Shown here: positions 13,401-23,510 of the stretch, in pieces | Numbering within the stretch: the stretch's first letter is position 1 | How the letters are laid out: each line of letters opens with the position of its first letter | The notes under the pieces: model-generated | What the model saw: only the letters and a program-made list of their open reading frames with translations | The model's database searches: none | What the model was told of the DNA's origin: nothing | Position numbers and translations under genes: made by a program | From: Myxococcota bacterium | GTDB taxonomy: Bacteria > Myxococcota > XYA12-FULL-58-9 > JALHOP01 | Direction of reading: 5' to 3' | NCBI GenBank assembly: GCA_041288095.1 | Contig: JBGGMJ010000010.1 | Coordinates: forward strand, 19,581 to 83,580 | DNA: 64,000 bases

Positions 13401-13552
13401 GGCATGTTCTCCATCAGGTCATTGCTCACGGCGCAACGCTATGCCCCGCCACTGAGCGTGTGCATGGCCAAATCGCCTTGCACGCATTCTGGGTATCGGT
13501 TGCGATTGCCACGCGGACGCGAAAGACACAGTGACACATCCAGCACGAACGA

Positions 13553-13568
13553 AGTGAGTCTGATCACA
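13553..13568. promoter_or_regulatory. CRP-like operator AGTGA-N6-TCACA
   Basis: One mismatch to TGTGA-N6-TCACA; lies in the intergenic region upstream of the minus-strand Crp gene. Confidence 0.4.
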
Positions 13569-13599
13569 CGTCATGGTCTAAGTGGCTGATTTTGTTGGA

Positions 13600-15147
13600 T
13601 CAGGCCGGGGACGGCTGCGCATCACCACTCGGCCGGCGCCCGTTCTTGAGGGCGTCGCGTACGATCTCGGAGATCCCACGCATCGGAACCCAGACCCAAT
13701 CCGGACGATGGGTGAGCTCGTAGCGTAGCTCATAAAACGTTTTTTCGATTTCGAACAGCCGGATCAGGCGCTCGATGGTGGCTCCATCCGGTGGCAGAGT
13801 GGCACTCGTTGTCTGCAAATAGCCCTGCATGAAGGCGTCGCGCAGGTGCCGTTCCCAGTTGCTGGCCCGGTAAAGGGCTGAATCCCAAGGCATTTGCTCG
13901 GAGCAGGCGATGGCAGCCATGGCTGCGGCGTAGGCAAAGGAGCGCAACATGCCCGCGACGTCGCGCAACGGGCTGTGCAGGGCGCGGCGCTCGGCTAGCG
14001 GGCGCGTGGGCTCCCCCTCGAAGTCGATGATGTAGAGGCGACCTTCCGGGTCTCGCAGCACTTGGCCCAGGTGATAGTCGCCGTGATGGCGGATGGTGAG
14101 GCCGAGCTCGGCGTGGCTCGCTTGCTCGAGCGTGGCGATGTCGCGCAGGACGACCTCGTGATGCTCGAGGTCCCGCAGGCCCTGAGCGGTGATCTGGTCG
14201 CGTGCGCCGGTGGCGCCGCCGAAGTCCGTCCGTTTTAGAAGAGCGATGCTGTCGCTCACTTCATGACGGATGACGCTCGCCCAGCGCACTACGTCGTCTT
14301 GCGTGGCGCGGGAGGGTGTGAAGCCGTGCTTGTCGTTGGCCTGCGCGAGCTTCTCGTGGAGCTCGCGCGTCACCTGGCCCAAGCTTCTGGCTTCATCGAC
14401 GAAGGGCTCGCCGCCGTCGCGAAGCTCGGGCAGGCGGCTCATCACGTAGCCCCACAGATCGCGCGCGTCAGGCACCAGCCGTTGCGCCATGAGCAGCGCC
14501 GTCGGACCGCGGTCGCCATCGAGAGTAGCGCTGCCAACGAGCGCCGGGACGAAAGGCGCCGCGCGCCGCGTGAGATACGAGCCGATCTCGATGTCTGGGT
14601 TCTCACCGGCGGTGAGCTTGCGGAACAATTTCACGATCAGCGCGTTGCCATAGACGATCGAGGTGTTGCTCTGCTCGACATCGACGACCCGTGATGGAGT
14701 CGTCGGGTCGATGTCGATGGCGGTGTACTTGACGAAGCGAAGCTGGGTGCCGTCGGTGGTGAAGCGGCGCCCGTCGACGAGGTACTTGAGCAGGGCTTCG
14801 CGGAACACCGGGCAGTGCGGGGCGTCGACGAGCGACAGCTCACCGGTGCCGGTCTTCACCTTGGCGACGATCAGCGCTTCGTCGACGGCTTGATCGGTGA
14901 TCGACAGCGGGACGAGGTAGGACGCTGTAGCGGACCCATTGCATTCGCGGACGTCGACTTGCGCGAGCACCGCGTCGCAGCTCGGGAAGAGCGGGACGAC
15001 CTCGGCGAGGACGGCGCTATCGGGCTCATAACGGCCCGAGAACCAGCGCTGTCGTCTCAAGAACTCCCCGAGCGGCGCGCCTTCGAGCTGCTTGAGCGTA
15101 TCGGTGGCGAGAGCGGTGGCCGCGGTCGCTTCGATCGTCGTGGCCAT
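13600..15147 (-). CDS. mak: Maltokinase (Mak/Pep2)
   Basis: QRWFSG, EQSNTS, KLFRK, HGDYHLGQVL, IDFEGEP, SPLRDVAGMLRSF; directly downstream of treS. Confidence 0.88.
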   Translation of the reverse strand: MATTIEATAATALATDTLKQLEGAPLGEFLRRQRWFSGRYEPDSAVLAEVVPLFPSCDAVLAQVDVRECNGSATASYLVPLSITDQAVDEALIVAKVKTGTGELSLVDAPHCPVFREALLKYLVDGRRFTTDGTQLRFVKYTAIDIDPTTPSRVVDVEQSNTSIVYGNALIVKLFRKLTAGENPDIEIGSYLTRRAAPFVPALVGSATLDGDRGPTALLMAQRLVPDARDLWGYVMSRLPELRDGGEPFVDEARSLGQVTRELHEKLAQANDKHGFTPSRATQDDVVRWASVIRHEVSDSIALLKRTDFGGATGARDQITAQGLRDLEHHEVVLRDIATLEQASHAELGLTIRHHGDYHLGQVLRDPEGRLYIIDFEGEPTRPLAERRALHSPLRDVAGMLRSFAYAAAMAAIACSEQMPWDSALYRASNWERHLRDAFMQGYLQTTSATLPPDGATIERLIRLFEIEKTFYELRYELTHRPDWVWVPMRGISEIVRDALKNGRRPSGDAQPSPA

Positions 15148-15174
15148 CAGCTCTCCCAAGAGCTAGCTCCAAAG

Positions 15175-16869
15175 CTAGCCCACGTCAGGTCTCTCGATTC
15201 TGAACATGTAGAATCCGTGAGGCGCGAAGGTAAGTAAATAGGGCATCTCTGTGATGATCGGGAACGGTGTTTCACCGAAAAGCTCGATGAGCTGCGAGCC
15301 CGCGAAGCGCTTCAAGTCCAGCTCCGCGGCCTGCGCGAAGCGCGACAAGCACGCGACCACCAGGATGACCTCGTTTTCGTATTGGCGCAGATAGGCGAGA
15401 ATCTTACGGTTCGCGAGCGGCAAGATCTCGAAGGTACCGCGACCGAAAGCCTTGTATTGCTTGCGCAGCTTGATGACCCGACGCATCCAGGCAAGTAGCG
15501 AGGTTGAGGTCCGATCTTGAGCCTCGACGTTGACGGACTGATAGCCGTACGGAGGGTCCGAGATGATGGGGCTGTAGAGAGCGGCGGTGTCCGCCTCCGA
15601 GAAGCCCGCGTTGCGGTCGCCGGTCCATTGCATCGGCGTGCGTACGCCATTGCGGTCACCGAGATAGACGTTGTCCCCCATGCCGATCTCGTCGCCGTAG
15701 TAGATAATCGGCGTCCCGGGCATGGTGAAGAGTAGAGCGTTCATCAGCTCGATCTGGCGCCGGCCGTTGCCGAGGAGCGGCGCTAGGCGGCGGCGGATGC
15801 CGACGTTGATCCGCATCAGCGGATCGGTCGCGTACTCGCGATACATGTAGTCGCGCTCTTCGTCGCTCACCATTTCGAGGGTTAGCTCGTCGTGGTTGCG
15901 CAGGAAGATGGCCCACTGGCAGTTCGGCGGGATGTCGGGAGTCTGGCGCAAGATCTCGATAATGGGCGTCGCGTCTTCGCGGCGCAGCGCCATGTACATG
16001 CGCGGCATCAACGGGAAGTGAAATGCCATCTGGCACTCGTCGTCGTCGCCGAAGTAGGGGCGAACGTCGCTCGGCCACTGGTTCGCCTCGGCGAGGAAAA
16101 GGCGTCCGCTATAATGGCGATCCATCTCGCGGCGCATCTCTTTCAATACCTCGTGCGTCTCCGGCAAGTTCTCGCAGTTCGTGCCGTCACGCTCGATCAG
16201 GTAAGGCACGGCGTCGAGGCGCAGACCGTCGACGCCCATGTCGAGCCAGTACTTCATGATCTTCAGGATCGCGCGCCGGACGTTCGGATTGTCGAAGTTC
16301 AGATCGGGCTGATGGTGGAAGAAGCGGTGCCAGAAGTACTGCTTGGCGACCGGGTCCCAAGTCCAGTTCGACTTCTCCGAGTCGGTGAAGATGATGCGCG
16401 CGCCCTTGTACCGTTCGTCGCTGTCGCTCCAGACGTAGTAGTTGCGCTTTTGACTGCCGGGTGGCGCCCGTCGGGCGGCTTGGAACCACGCGTGCTGATC
16501 GCTCGTGTGGTTGATGACCAGCTCGGTGATGACGCGGATATCGCGGTCGTGCGCCGCTCTCACGAAGCGGCGGAAATCCTTCATGGTGCCGTAGCGTGGG
16601 TTGATGGCGCGGTAGTCCGCGATGTCGTACCCGTCGTCGCGTAGCGGTGATGGGTAGAACGGCAGCAGCCACACGGCCGTGACACCGAGCGACTGGATGT
16701 AGTCGAGCTTCTCGATGAGGCCGCTGAAGTCGCCGTAGCCGTCGCGCGTGCTGTCGCGGAACGCTTTGACGTGCAGCTGATAGATGACGGCGTCCTTGTA
16801 CCAAAGCGGGTCGCCGCCCTTGGCCAGGCTTGCCTGTTCGGGGGTCTGTATGCGTTGGTCCGACGCCAT
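15175..16869 (-). CDS. treS: Trehalose synthase / maltose alpha-D-glucosyltransferase
   Basis: PLWYKDAVIY, SPLRDDGYDIADY, NHTSDQH, RLDAVPYL, AEANQW, FLRNHDELTLEMV; no fused Mak domain. Confidence 0.96.
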   Translation of the reverse strand: MASDQRIQTPEQASLAKGGDPLWYKDAVIYQLHVKAFRDSTRDGYGDFSGLIEKLDYIQSLGVTAVWLLPFYPSPLRDDGYDIADYRAINPRYGTMKDFRRFVRAAHDRDIRVITELVINHTSDQHAWFQAARRAPPGSQKRNYYVWSDSDERYKGARIIFTDSEKSNWTWDPVAKQYFWHRFFHHQPDLNFDNPNVRRAILKIMKYWLDMGVDGLRLDAVPYLIERDGTNCENLPETHEVLKEMRREMDRHYSGRLFLAEANQWPSDVRPYFGDDDECQMAFHFPLMPRMYMALRREDATPIIEILRQTPDIPPNCQWAIFLRNHDELTLEMVSDEERDYMYREYATDPLMRINVGIRRRLAPLLGNGRRQIELMNALLFTMPGTPIIYYGDEIGMGDNVYLGDRNGVRTPMQWTGDRNAGFSEADTAALYSPIISDPPYGYQSVNVEAQDRTSTSLLAWMRRVIKLRKQYKAFGRGTFEILPLANRKILAYLRQYENEVILVVACLSRFAQAAELDLKRFAGSQLIELFGETPFPIITEMPYLLTFAPHGFYMFRIERPDVG

Positions 16870-19093
16870 GCGCATCTCTATTGCTATCGCCATTCTGCTG
16901 GCCGCCGGGTGCGGCTCGTCATCGAATCGAACGTCGGTCGTGGAGGCCGACAATGCTGCAACACCTGCGGGCGAAGCTAAGCACGCCTTCAACTACCCGC
17001 TAGCACGCACCGTCGATCAGGTCGACGACTATCACGGCACCAAGGTGCCCGACCCCTACCGCTGGCTCGAGGACGCGGACTCCACCGACACACGCGCCTG
17101 GATCGAAGGCGAGAACAAAGTCACCTTCGGCTATCTCGAGAACATTCCGACCCGCGCCGCCATCAAGGAGCGGCTCACCGCACGTTGGAACTACGAGCGC
17201 TGGAGCACGCCGTTTCGCCAGGGCAAGAGCTATTTCGTCGAGAAGAACGACGGCCTGCAGAATCAGGCGGTCCTGTACACCATGACGGACGTCGCGGCGC
17301 AGCCCAAGGTCCTCATCGATCCCAATACGTTATCGCAGGCGGGGACGGTGGCACTCGCCGACTACGACGTCAGCGACGACGGCAAGAAGATCGTCTACGG
17401 CTTGGCCTCCGCCGGCTCGGACTGGGTCGAGTTCCACGTTCGCGATGTCGCCAAGGGCACCGACACTCCCGACCTCGTCCGCTGGAGCAAATTCAGCACA
17501 CCGGCGTTCGCGGCGGACGGTAGCGGGTTTTACTACGCGCGTTTTCCTGAGCCAAAGGCCGACGCGGCATTGGCCGAGGCCAACTATTTCCACAAGGTGT
17601 ACTTCCACGCGCTCGGCACCGACCAAGCCAACGACGTCCTCGTTTACGAGGCGCCCGAGCACAAGGAGTGGATGTTCGGGAACCTCGTCACCGAGGACGG
17701 CAAGTATCTCGTCATCCAAATCGTCAAAGGCACCGACGACAACAACATGGTGCTGGTCGTCGACCTGGCGCGGAAGAACGCGAAGCCCATCACCCTGATT
17801 CCCAACTTCGATGCCGAGTTCGCGTACATCGCCAACGACGGGCCTCTCTTTTATTTCAAAACGACCGAAAGCGCGCCGCGGGGCCGCATCATCGCCATCG
17901 ACATCAAGAAGCCGGCGAAGGCGGCGTGGAAGGAGATCGTGCCGCAGAGCGAAGCGGCGGTCGAAACCGCGAGCGTCGTTGGCAACAAGATCTTCGTGAG
18001 CTACATGCGTGATGCCAAGTCCGCGGTCGCGGTCTTCAGCATGAAGGGCAAACGCGAGAGCGAGGTCTCGTTGCCCGGTGTCGGCAAGGCCGCCGGCTTC
18101 CACGGTGAGCGCCGTGACAAGGAGACCTTCTTCTCCTTCGAGAGCTTCACGCAGCCCAAGAGCATCTACCGCTACGATCTGGTGAGCGGGAAGTCGTCGG
18201 TGTTCCGCGAGCCGAAGCTGGGCTTCGACGCGTCGGCCTTCGAGACCACGCAGGTGTTCGCGACGAGCAAGGACGGAACCACGAAGGTGCCAATCTTCAT
18301 CACCCGCAAGAAGGGCGCCCCCCTCGACGGCAACGCGCCGACCCTGCTCTACGGCTATGGCGGCTTCAATATCCCGCTGACACCGTGGTTCAGTGTCCCG
18401 TTCATGACCTGGGTCGAGCTCGGCGGTACCCTCGCGGTAGCGAACCTTCGCGGCGGCGGCGAGTACGGCCAGGATTGGCATCTCGCGGGCACCCGCGACA
18501 AGAAGCAGAACGTCTTCGACGACTTCTTCGCGGCCGCGGAGCTGCTCACGAAGGAGGGCTACACCAAGCCGTCACGCCTCGCGATCCAGGGGCGCTCGAA
18601 CGGGGGCTTGTTGGTCGGCGCGGCAATCACGCAGCGGCCGGAGCTCTTCGGCGCGGCGCTGCCCGCCGTCGGCGTCATGGACATGTTGCGCTTCCACACG
18701 TTCACGATCGGCCGCGCTTGGGTCGACGACTACGGCTCGTCGGAGAACCCGCGAGAGTTCGAGGCACTGCGCGCCTATTCGCCGTACCACAACGTCAAAG
18801 CGGGCACGCGGTATCCGCCGACTCTCGCGGTGACCGCGGACCACGACGACCGCGTCGTGCCGGCGCACAGCTTCAAGTTCATGGCCGCTCTGCAGTCCGC
18901 TCAAGCGGGCGATGCCCCCGTGCTCATCCGCATCGAGACGCAGGCCGGTCATGGCGCCGGCAAGCCGACGACCAAGAAGATCGAGGAAGCGACCGACGAG
19001 ATGTCCTTTGCCTTCCACGCGCTCGGGGCCGACGATGTGGTGATGGCCGCTGTCGGCGGCGCCGCGGCAGCCGGCAGCTCGACGAGTCGATGA
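16868..19093 (+). CDS. Prolyl oligopeptidase (S9A), lipoprotein
   Basis: Lipobox LAAGC; DPYRWLED, YGYGGF, GRSNGG (catalytic Ser), DHDDRV, AGHGAGK. Confidence 0.95.
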   Translation: MRISIAIAILLAAGCGSSSNRTSVVEADNAATPAGEAKHAFNYPLARTVDQVDDYHGTKVPDPYRWLEDADSTDTRAWIEGENKVTFGYLENIPTRAAIKERLTARWNYERWSTPFRQGKSYFVEKNDGLQNQAVLYTMTDVAAQPKVLIDPNTLSQAGTVALADYDVSDDGKKIVYGLASAGSDWVEFHVRDVAKGTDTPDLVRWSKFSTPAFAADGSGFYYARFPEPKADAALAEANYFHKVYFHALGTDQANDVLVYEAPEHKEWMFGNLVTEDGKYLVIQIVKGTDDNNMVLVVDLARKNAKPITLIPNFDAEFAYIANDGPLFYFKTTESAPRGRIIAIDIKKPAKAAWKEIVPQSEAAVETASVVGNKIFVSYMRDAKSAVAVFSMKGKRESEVSLPGVGKAAGFHGERRDKETFFSFESFTQPKSIYRYDLVSGKSSVFREPKLGFDASAFETTQVFATSKDGTTKVPIFITRKKGAPLDGNAPTLLYGYGGFNIPLTPWFSVPFMTWVELGGTLAVANLRGGGEYGQDWHLAGTRDKKQNVFDDFFAAAELLTKEGYTKPSRLAIQGRSNGGLLVGAAITQRPELFGAALPAVGVMDMLRFHTFTIGRAWVDDYGSSENPREFEALRAYSPYHNVKAGTRYPPTLAVTADHDDRVVPAHSFKFMAALQSAQAGDAPVLIRIETQAGHGAGKPTTKKIEEATDEMSFAFHALGADDVVMAAVGGAAAAGSSTSR

Positions 19094-19809
19094 ACGTCGA
19101 CGTGGTCATTCCGGCGCTCGATGAGGAGCCCGCCATCGGTGACGTCGTGCGCTCCTTTATCGGACGCGTGCGTGAGGTCGTGGTCGCCGACAATGGCAGC
19201 CGGGATCGAACCGCGGAGGTGGCGCGCGAGGCCGGCGCTCGGGTTGTGAGCGCGCCGCGACGCGGATACGGCAACGCTTGTCTCGCGGCGCTCGCCGAGC
19301 TCGCGCCCGGTTGCGACGTCGTGGTGTTCGCCGACGCTGACGGCAGCGACGATCCCGCGGATCTCGACGGGCTCGTCGCCCCCATCGTGTCGGGCGAGGC
19401 CGATCTGGTGATCGGCTCGCGGGTACGCGGCGTCATGGAGGCCGGCGCGCTCACTCCGCAACAGCGGATGGGCAACGCCTTGGCGGCGACTTGGCTGCGG
19501 TGGCGCTTCGGTCAGCCGGCAACCGACCTCGGACCGTTCCGCGCCGTTCGCAAAGAGTCTCTCGACCGCTTGCACATGAGCGACCCCACGTACGGTTGGA
19601 CCATCGAGATGCAGATCAAGGCGGCGCGCGCGGGCATGCGTTACACGGAAGTGCCCGTGGCATATCGACGGCGGAAGGCGGGCACGTCGAAGGTCTCGGG
19701 GACGCTGCGCGGGATTGCCGGCGCCAGCGCCAAGATCTTGGGCCTGCTCGCGTATTACGATGTGGTTCAGCGCTCGGCGCTGGCGCAGCGCCTGTGGCGC
19801 CGGTTCTGA
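19090..19809 (+). CDS. Glycosyltransferase family 2
   Basis: VVIPALDEE, DNGSRD, DADGSD, DLGPFR, YGWTIEMQ; ATGA coupling with the upstream gene. Confidence 0.9.
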   Translation: MNVDVVIPALDEEPAIGDVVRSFIGRVREVVVADNGSRDRTAEVAREAGARVVSAPRRGYGNACLAALAELAPGCDVVVFADADGSDDPADLDGLVAPIVSGEADLVIGSRVRGVMEAGALTPQQRMGNALAATWLRWRFGQPATDLGPFRAVRKESLDRLHMSDPTYGWTIEMQIKAARAGMRYTEVPVAYRRRKAGTSKVSGTLRGIAGASAKILGLLAYYDVVQRSALAQRLWRRF

Positions 19810-21056
19810 CGGTCGACCGGCGGCTCGTCGCCTGCTGCGTGTTGTTCGGCGCGGCGTGTCTCGGCGCGGCGGCCGGCGCTTGGGCGCCTGTTGGCTATCG
19901 CGGATCGATCTACGTCGCGTCACACGTCGTGGCGAGCCTCGCCATGCTCGGGGCCTATCGGTTCGCGGATGCTCGCGCCGTCGGCCTCCTCACCATCACC
20001 GGGGTTTTGTGCCGTGTGCTTCTGGTGCCGGTGCCGCCGTACACCACGCACGACGTGATGCGGTACATGTTCGACGGCGCCATGGCGCTCGCCGGCTTCG
20101 ACCCTTACACCGTGCCGCCCGGCGACCTGCGGCTCGTCGGCCTGCACGCGATGTGGCCGAGCGCGGTCGAGCATGCGCGCTACCCGACGCTCTATCCGCC
20201 CCTCGCGCTCTGGGCATTCGCGTCGTGCGCGCGCTTCGGGCCCGAGGTGGCGTGGTTGGTGTGGAAATCGGTCATCGCGCTCGCATCGTTGGTCACGCTG
20301 CGGGTTGGCCGCGGCATCATGAGCCCGAAGGGTTACGCTCTGCTGGCGTTGTCGTCGCTCTTGGTGCTCGAAGGCGGTATCGGCGCGCATCTGGATGTCT
20401 TGTGCGTCATGGCGGTCGTGCTCGCGGTGAGCGAAACCGCGCCGCTGGCGCGCGGAGCGTGGATAGGCGTCGGCATCTTGCTGAAGCTCTCGCCGATCAC
20501 GCTGTTGCCGCCGCTCTTGGTCTACACGCTGCCGGCTCCGTGGCGTGCGCTGCGCTTGTTTTTCGCGACGCTGTCCGTCGTAGCGGTCGGTTACGTGGCC
20601 GCGACGCTGATGGGCTACCAAGCCGTTGGTTCGTTGCAGGCGTTCTTCGGTGGTTGGAGCTTCGGTTCGCCGTGGATGCTGGTGGAGAAGCCGCTCGGGC
20701 TTTCACGGCCGGCGCTCTTGCACGCGGCTTCGGTGCTAGCGTCGGTGACGCTGGTGACCGCTTGTGCGCTAGCGTATCGGCGCCGCTTGGGGCCCGCGCT
20801 GTTGCTCGGGGCGTGTGCGCCGTTCATCGCGAGCCCTGTCGTGTTCCCTTGGTATCTGTGCACGGCCGCGGCGCTGCTCGGGGTTACACCGTCGCTGGTC
20901 GTAGGTGCCTGGATCGCGGCGCTCCCGCTCACCTACGAAGTCATCGATCGCTTCGACGTCGATGGGAGCTGGCAGCCGCGCGCTTGGCCTATCGCCCTGA
21001 TGTTGGTCGCGGTGCTGGTTGCGGCCTTGCCGTGGCGGCGCCTCCGGCGTAGCTGA
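19794..21056 (+). CDS. Multi-TM GT-C type glycosyltransferase (GT87/DUF2029-like)
   Basis: DVMRY.FDG..G.DPY..PP, YPTLYPP, HLD, LLK, V.PWY motifs and many hydrophobic segments; start uncertain. Confidence 0.75.
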   Translation: MAPVLTVDRRLVACCVLFGAACLGAAAGAWAPVGYRGSIYVASHVVASLAMLGAYRFADARAVGLLTITGVLCRVLLVPVPPYTTHDVMRYMFDGAMALAGFDPYTVPPGDLRLVGLHAMWPSAVEHARYPTLYPPLALWAFASCARFGPEVAWLVWKSVIALASLVTLRVGRGIMSPKGYALLALSSLLVLEGGIGAHLDVLCVMAVVLAVSETAPLARGAWIGVGILLKLSPITLLPPLLVYTLPAPWRALRLFFATLSVVAVGYVAATLMGYQAVGSLQAFFGGWSFGSPWMLVEKPLGLSRPALLHAASVLASVTLVTACALAYRRRLGPALLLGACAPFIASPVVFPWYLCTAAALLGVTPSLVVGAWIAALPLTYEVIDRFDVDGSWQPRAWPIALMLVAVLVAALPWRRLRRS

Positions 21057-21060
21057 GGCC

Positions 21061-21639
21061 ATGGCTCGCACTCTCCTCTTCGCGCCGGGAGCCGGCGCGC
21101 CATCGACCTCGGGTTGGATGACCGCGTGGGCAGAGCGGCTCGAAGAGCTCGGACGCGTCGTGGCGATGGACTATCCGTACATGCTCGCCGGCAGGAAGCG
21201 CCCGGACCCGCAGCCGAAGCTCATCGCCGTGCACCGCACCGAGCTCGACAAGATTTCCGACCGACCGGTCGTGCTAATCGGAAAGTCCATGGGATCGCGC
21301 ATCGGTTGCCACGTCTCGCTCGACGCCAAGGTCGATGCGCTCGTGTGCTTCGGCTACCCCCTCCGTAGCCCGAGCGGCGCGCTCCGCGACCAGGTGCTGC
21401 TCGAGCTGACGACGCCTATCCTCTTCATCCAGGGCACCAAGGACACCAAGTGTCCGCTGGAGGAGCTCGACGACGTGCGCAAGCGCATGCGCGCACCCTC
21501 GACCGTGCACGTCGTCGAAGGCGGGGATCACTCGCTCGCCATCTCGCGCGGCAAGAGCAAGCGGGAGCAACAGGCCGCCGTGGACGACGCCATCCTAGCG
21601 GCAGTTCGCACGCACCTTACCCATTTCGCCCCATTGTAG
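21061..21639 (+). CDS. Alpha/beta hydrolase (Tex30/KANL3-like)
   Basis: PGAGAP, GKSMG nucleophile motif, QGTKD, GGDHS. Confidence 0.85.
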   Translation: MARTLLFAPGAGAPSTSGWMTAWAERLEELGRVVAMDYPYMLAGRKRPDPQPKLIAVHRTELDKISDRPVVLIGKSMGSRIGCHVSLDAKVDALVCFGYPLRSPSGALRDQVLLELTTPILFIQGTKDTKCPLEELDDVRKRMRAPSTVHVVEGGDHSLAISRGKSKREQQAAVDDAILAAVRTHLTHFAPL

Positions 21640-21822
21640 CGTCCGGCGGATCGCGTGATCTCGCGGATCTAGCGCGCCGCGGCCGCTGGTATGTGGCTTG
21701 CAGCCCCAGCCCCTCGTGAAAGTGGTCTTGGGTCAGCTTGCCATCATCGCAGTGTGCCTCGTGGCATGGCTCGGCACCCACCGCCTCTACGCCGGCACCC
21801 ACGACGACCTTCGGAGGAGTTC

Positions 21823-23376
21823 ATGGCCAGCGAGTCTCTCTGGCAAGCACGCGTCGCGCGCCCACGCTTCCCAACCTTGCGCGAGGATATCGAAACAGAC
21901 GTCGTCATCATTGGCGCCGGCATCACCGGGCTGCTCACCGCGCGGTCGTTGCAACGGCTCGGCAAAGACGTCGTCGTGCTCGAACGCCGGCGTATCGCGA
22001 GTGGCACGACTGGATACAGCACGGCGCACGTAACGTCGCTGCTCGACTCCGGCTACGCGACCATCGAGAAGAAGTTCGGACGCGAAGCGGCGCATCTTGT
22101 CGCCGGTTGTCTCACGCATGCCATCGAGGACCTGTGCGCTACGGCGGACAGAATGAGCGTGCCTTGCGAGCGCTTGCCGGTGTATCACTATGCGCACGCC
22201 GAGTCGGCCCGCGATACGATCGCCGAGGAGCTCGCCGCGGCCGACCGCGCGGGGATTGCCGTCGAGCCCGTGGGGGACATTCCCTTCCCAGCGGCCGAGC
22301 ACGGGGGCTTGCGGGTGCCGCGTCAGGCGCAGCTCGATCCCGTGGAGCTCGCCTCCGCGCTCGCGTTCGACTTCTCGCAACGCGGCGGACGCATCTTCGA
22401 AGACGCTCGGGTCGTCTACGTCGAGGACGGAGAACCTTGCCGCGTGGAGACCGCGCATGCGCGCGTGCGGGCGCGTGATGTCGTCATCGCGACGCATACG
22501 CCCATCGGGCTGTCGTTCTTGCATACCGAGGTGGCGCCGTATCGCTCGTACGTTATAGCGGCGCGATGCGAGAAGCCGATTGGGCACGGGTTGTTCTTCG
22601 ATACCGACGAGCCTTACCGCTACGTGCGGGCGGTCTCCGCCAAAGATCCGGGGATGCTGCTGATCGGGGGAGGCGACCACAAAACGGGCGACCCTGCGTC
22701 GGCGGAGGCGTACACGAATCTCCAACGCTTCGCTTCGGAGCGCCTCGGCGCGAGCGTACCGCGCTTTCGCTGGTCGGCGCAGCTCTACGAGCCGGTGGAT
22801 ACGCTGCCGTACATCGGTCGATCGTCGCGCAACGGGCACAACTACGTGGCCACTGGCTATGCCGGCGATGGCATAGCCTTCGCGGCGGTCGCGTCGCGGC
22901 TCATCTCCGCGAGCATCATGGGGAAGGTCCTGCCCGAGGCGGAGCTCATGAGCCCGAGTCGGATCACACCGATCGCGAGCGCGCGGAACTTCATTCGCGA
23001 GAACGCGGATGTCGCCAAACACTTCGTCGGCGATCGCCTGAGCATGGCGGAGCAGCGGGACCTCGAAGACGTGGCGCGCGGCGAGGGGCGGTTGGTGCAG
23101 CTCGGGATGCGCAAGGTCGCGGCCTATCGCGACGGCGATGGGCAGCTCCACGTCGTGCGGCCGGTTTGCACGCACATGAAGTGCATCGTGCATTTCAATC
23201 CAGTGGAGACGTCGTGGGATTGTCCGTGTCATGGGGGACGGTTCGACGTGGACGGGGAGCCGATCGAGGGGCCGCCATTGGCGGGGTTGATGCCGTTCGA
23301 GCTCCCGAATCGGATCGAGCCGGAGCCGGCGACGGTGGCGCCGTTGATGAGTGGGATTGCGCCTAGCTCTTCGTAG
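21823..23376 (+). CDS. FAD-dependent oxidoreductase with C-terminal Rieske domain (YhfW-like)
   Basis: IIGAGITG FAD motif; CTHMKC...WDCPCHG Rieske motif; GGAGGA RBS. Confidence 0.92.
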   Translation: MASESLWQARVARPRFPTLREDIETDVVIIGAGITGLLTARSLQRLGKDVVVLERRRIASGTTGYSTAHVTSLLDSGYATIEKKFGREAAHLVAGCLTHAIEDLCATADRMSVPCERLPVYHYAHAESARDTIAEELAAADRAGIAVEPVGDIPFPAAEHGGLRVPRQAQLDPVELASALAFDFSQRGGRIFEDARVVYVEDGEPCRVETAHARVRARDVVIATHTPIGLSFLHTEVAPYRSYVIAARCEKPIGHGLFFDTDEPYRYVRAVSAKDPGMLLIGGGDHKTGDPASAEAYTNLQRFASERLGASVPRFRWSAQLYEPVDTLPYIGRSSRNGHNYVATGYAGDGIAFAAVASRLISASIMGKVLPEAELMSPSRITPIASARNFIRENADVAKHFVGDRLSMAEQRDLEDVARGEGRLVQLGMRKVAAYRDGDGQLHVVRPVCTHMKCIVHFNPVETSWDCPCHGGRFDVDGEPIEGPPLAGLMPFELPNRIEPEPATVAPLMSGIAPSSS

Positions 23377-23510
23377 CGCTGGTTCACTCGCGAGCGGTAT
23401 TCGCGTTGCTTGGTCGCGGCCTGGGTGGTTTAGCACCGAGAGGGTGGTTGCGCTTCGTTTTCGCTGTGTGTCTTCTATTGCGGATGCGCCCCGGGGCGCG
23501 TCGTGTAGTT
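23372..23510 (-). repeat. Left arm of inverted repeat (contains palindrome GCGCCCCGGGGCGC)
   Basis: Hand alignment to 24718-24854; the first 36 nt match 30/36. Confidence 0.75.

Noticed and set aside
13430-13450. sigma54 promoter upstream of the minus-strand Crp gene
   Set aside because: GG-N10-GC spacing is only met with a poor match to TGGCAC
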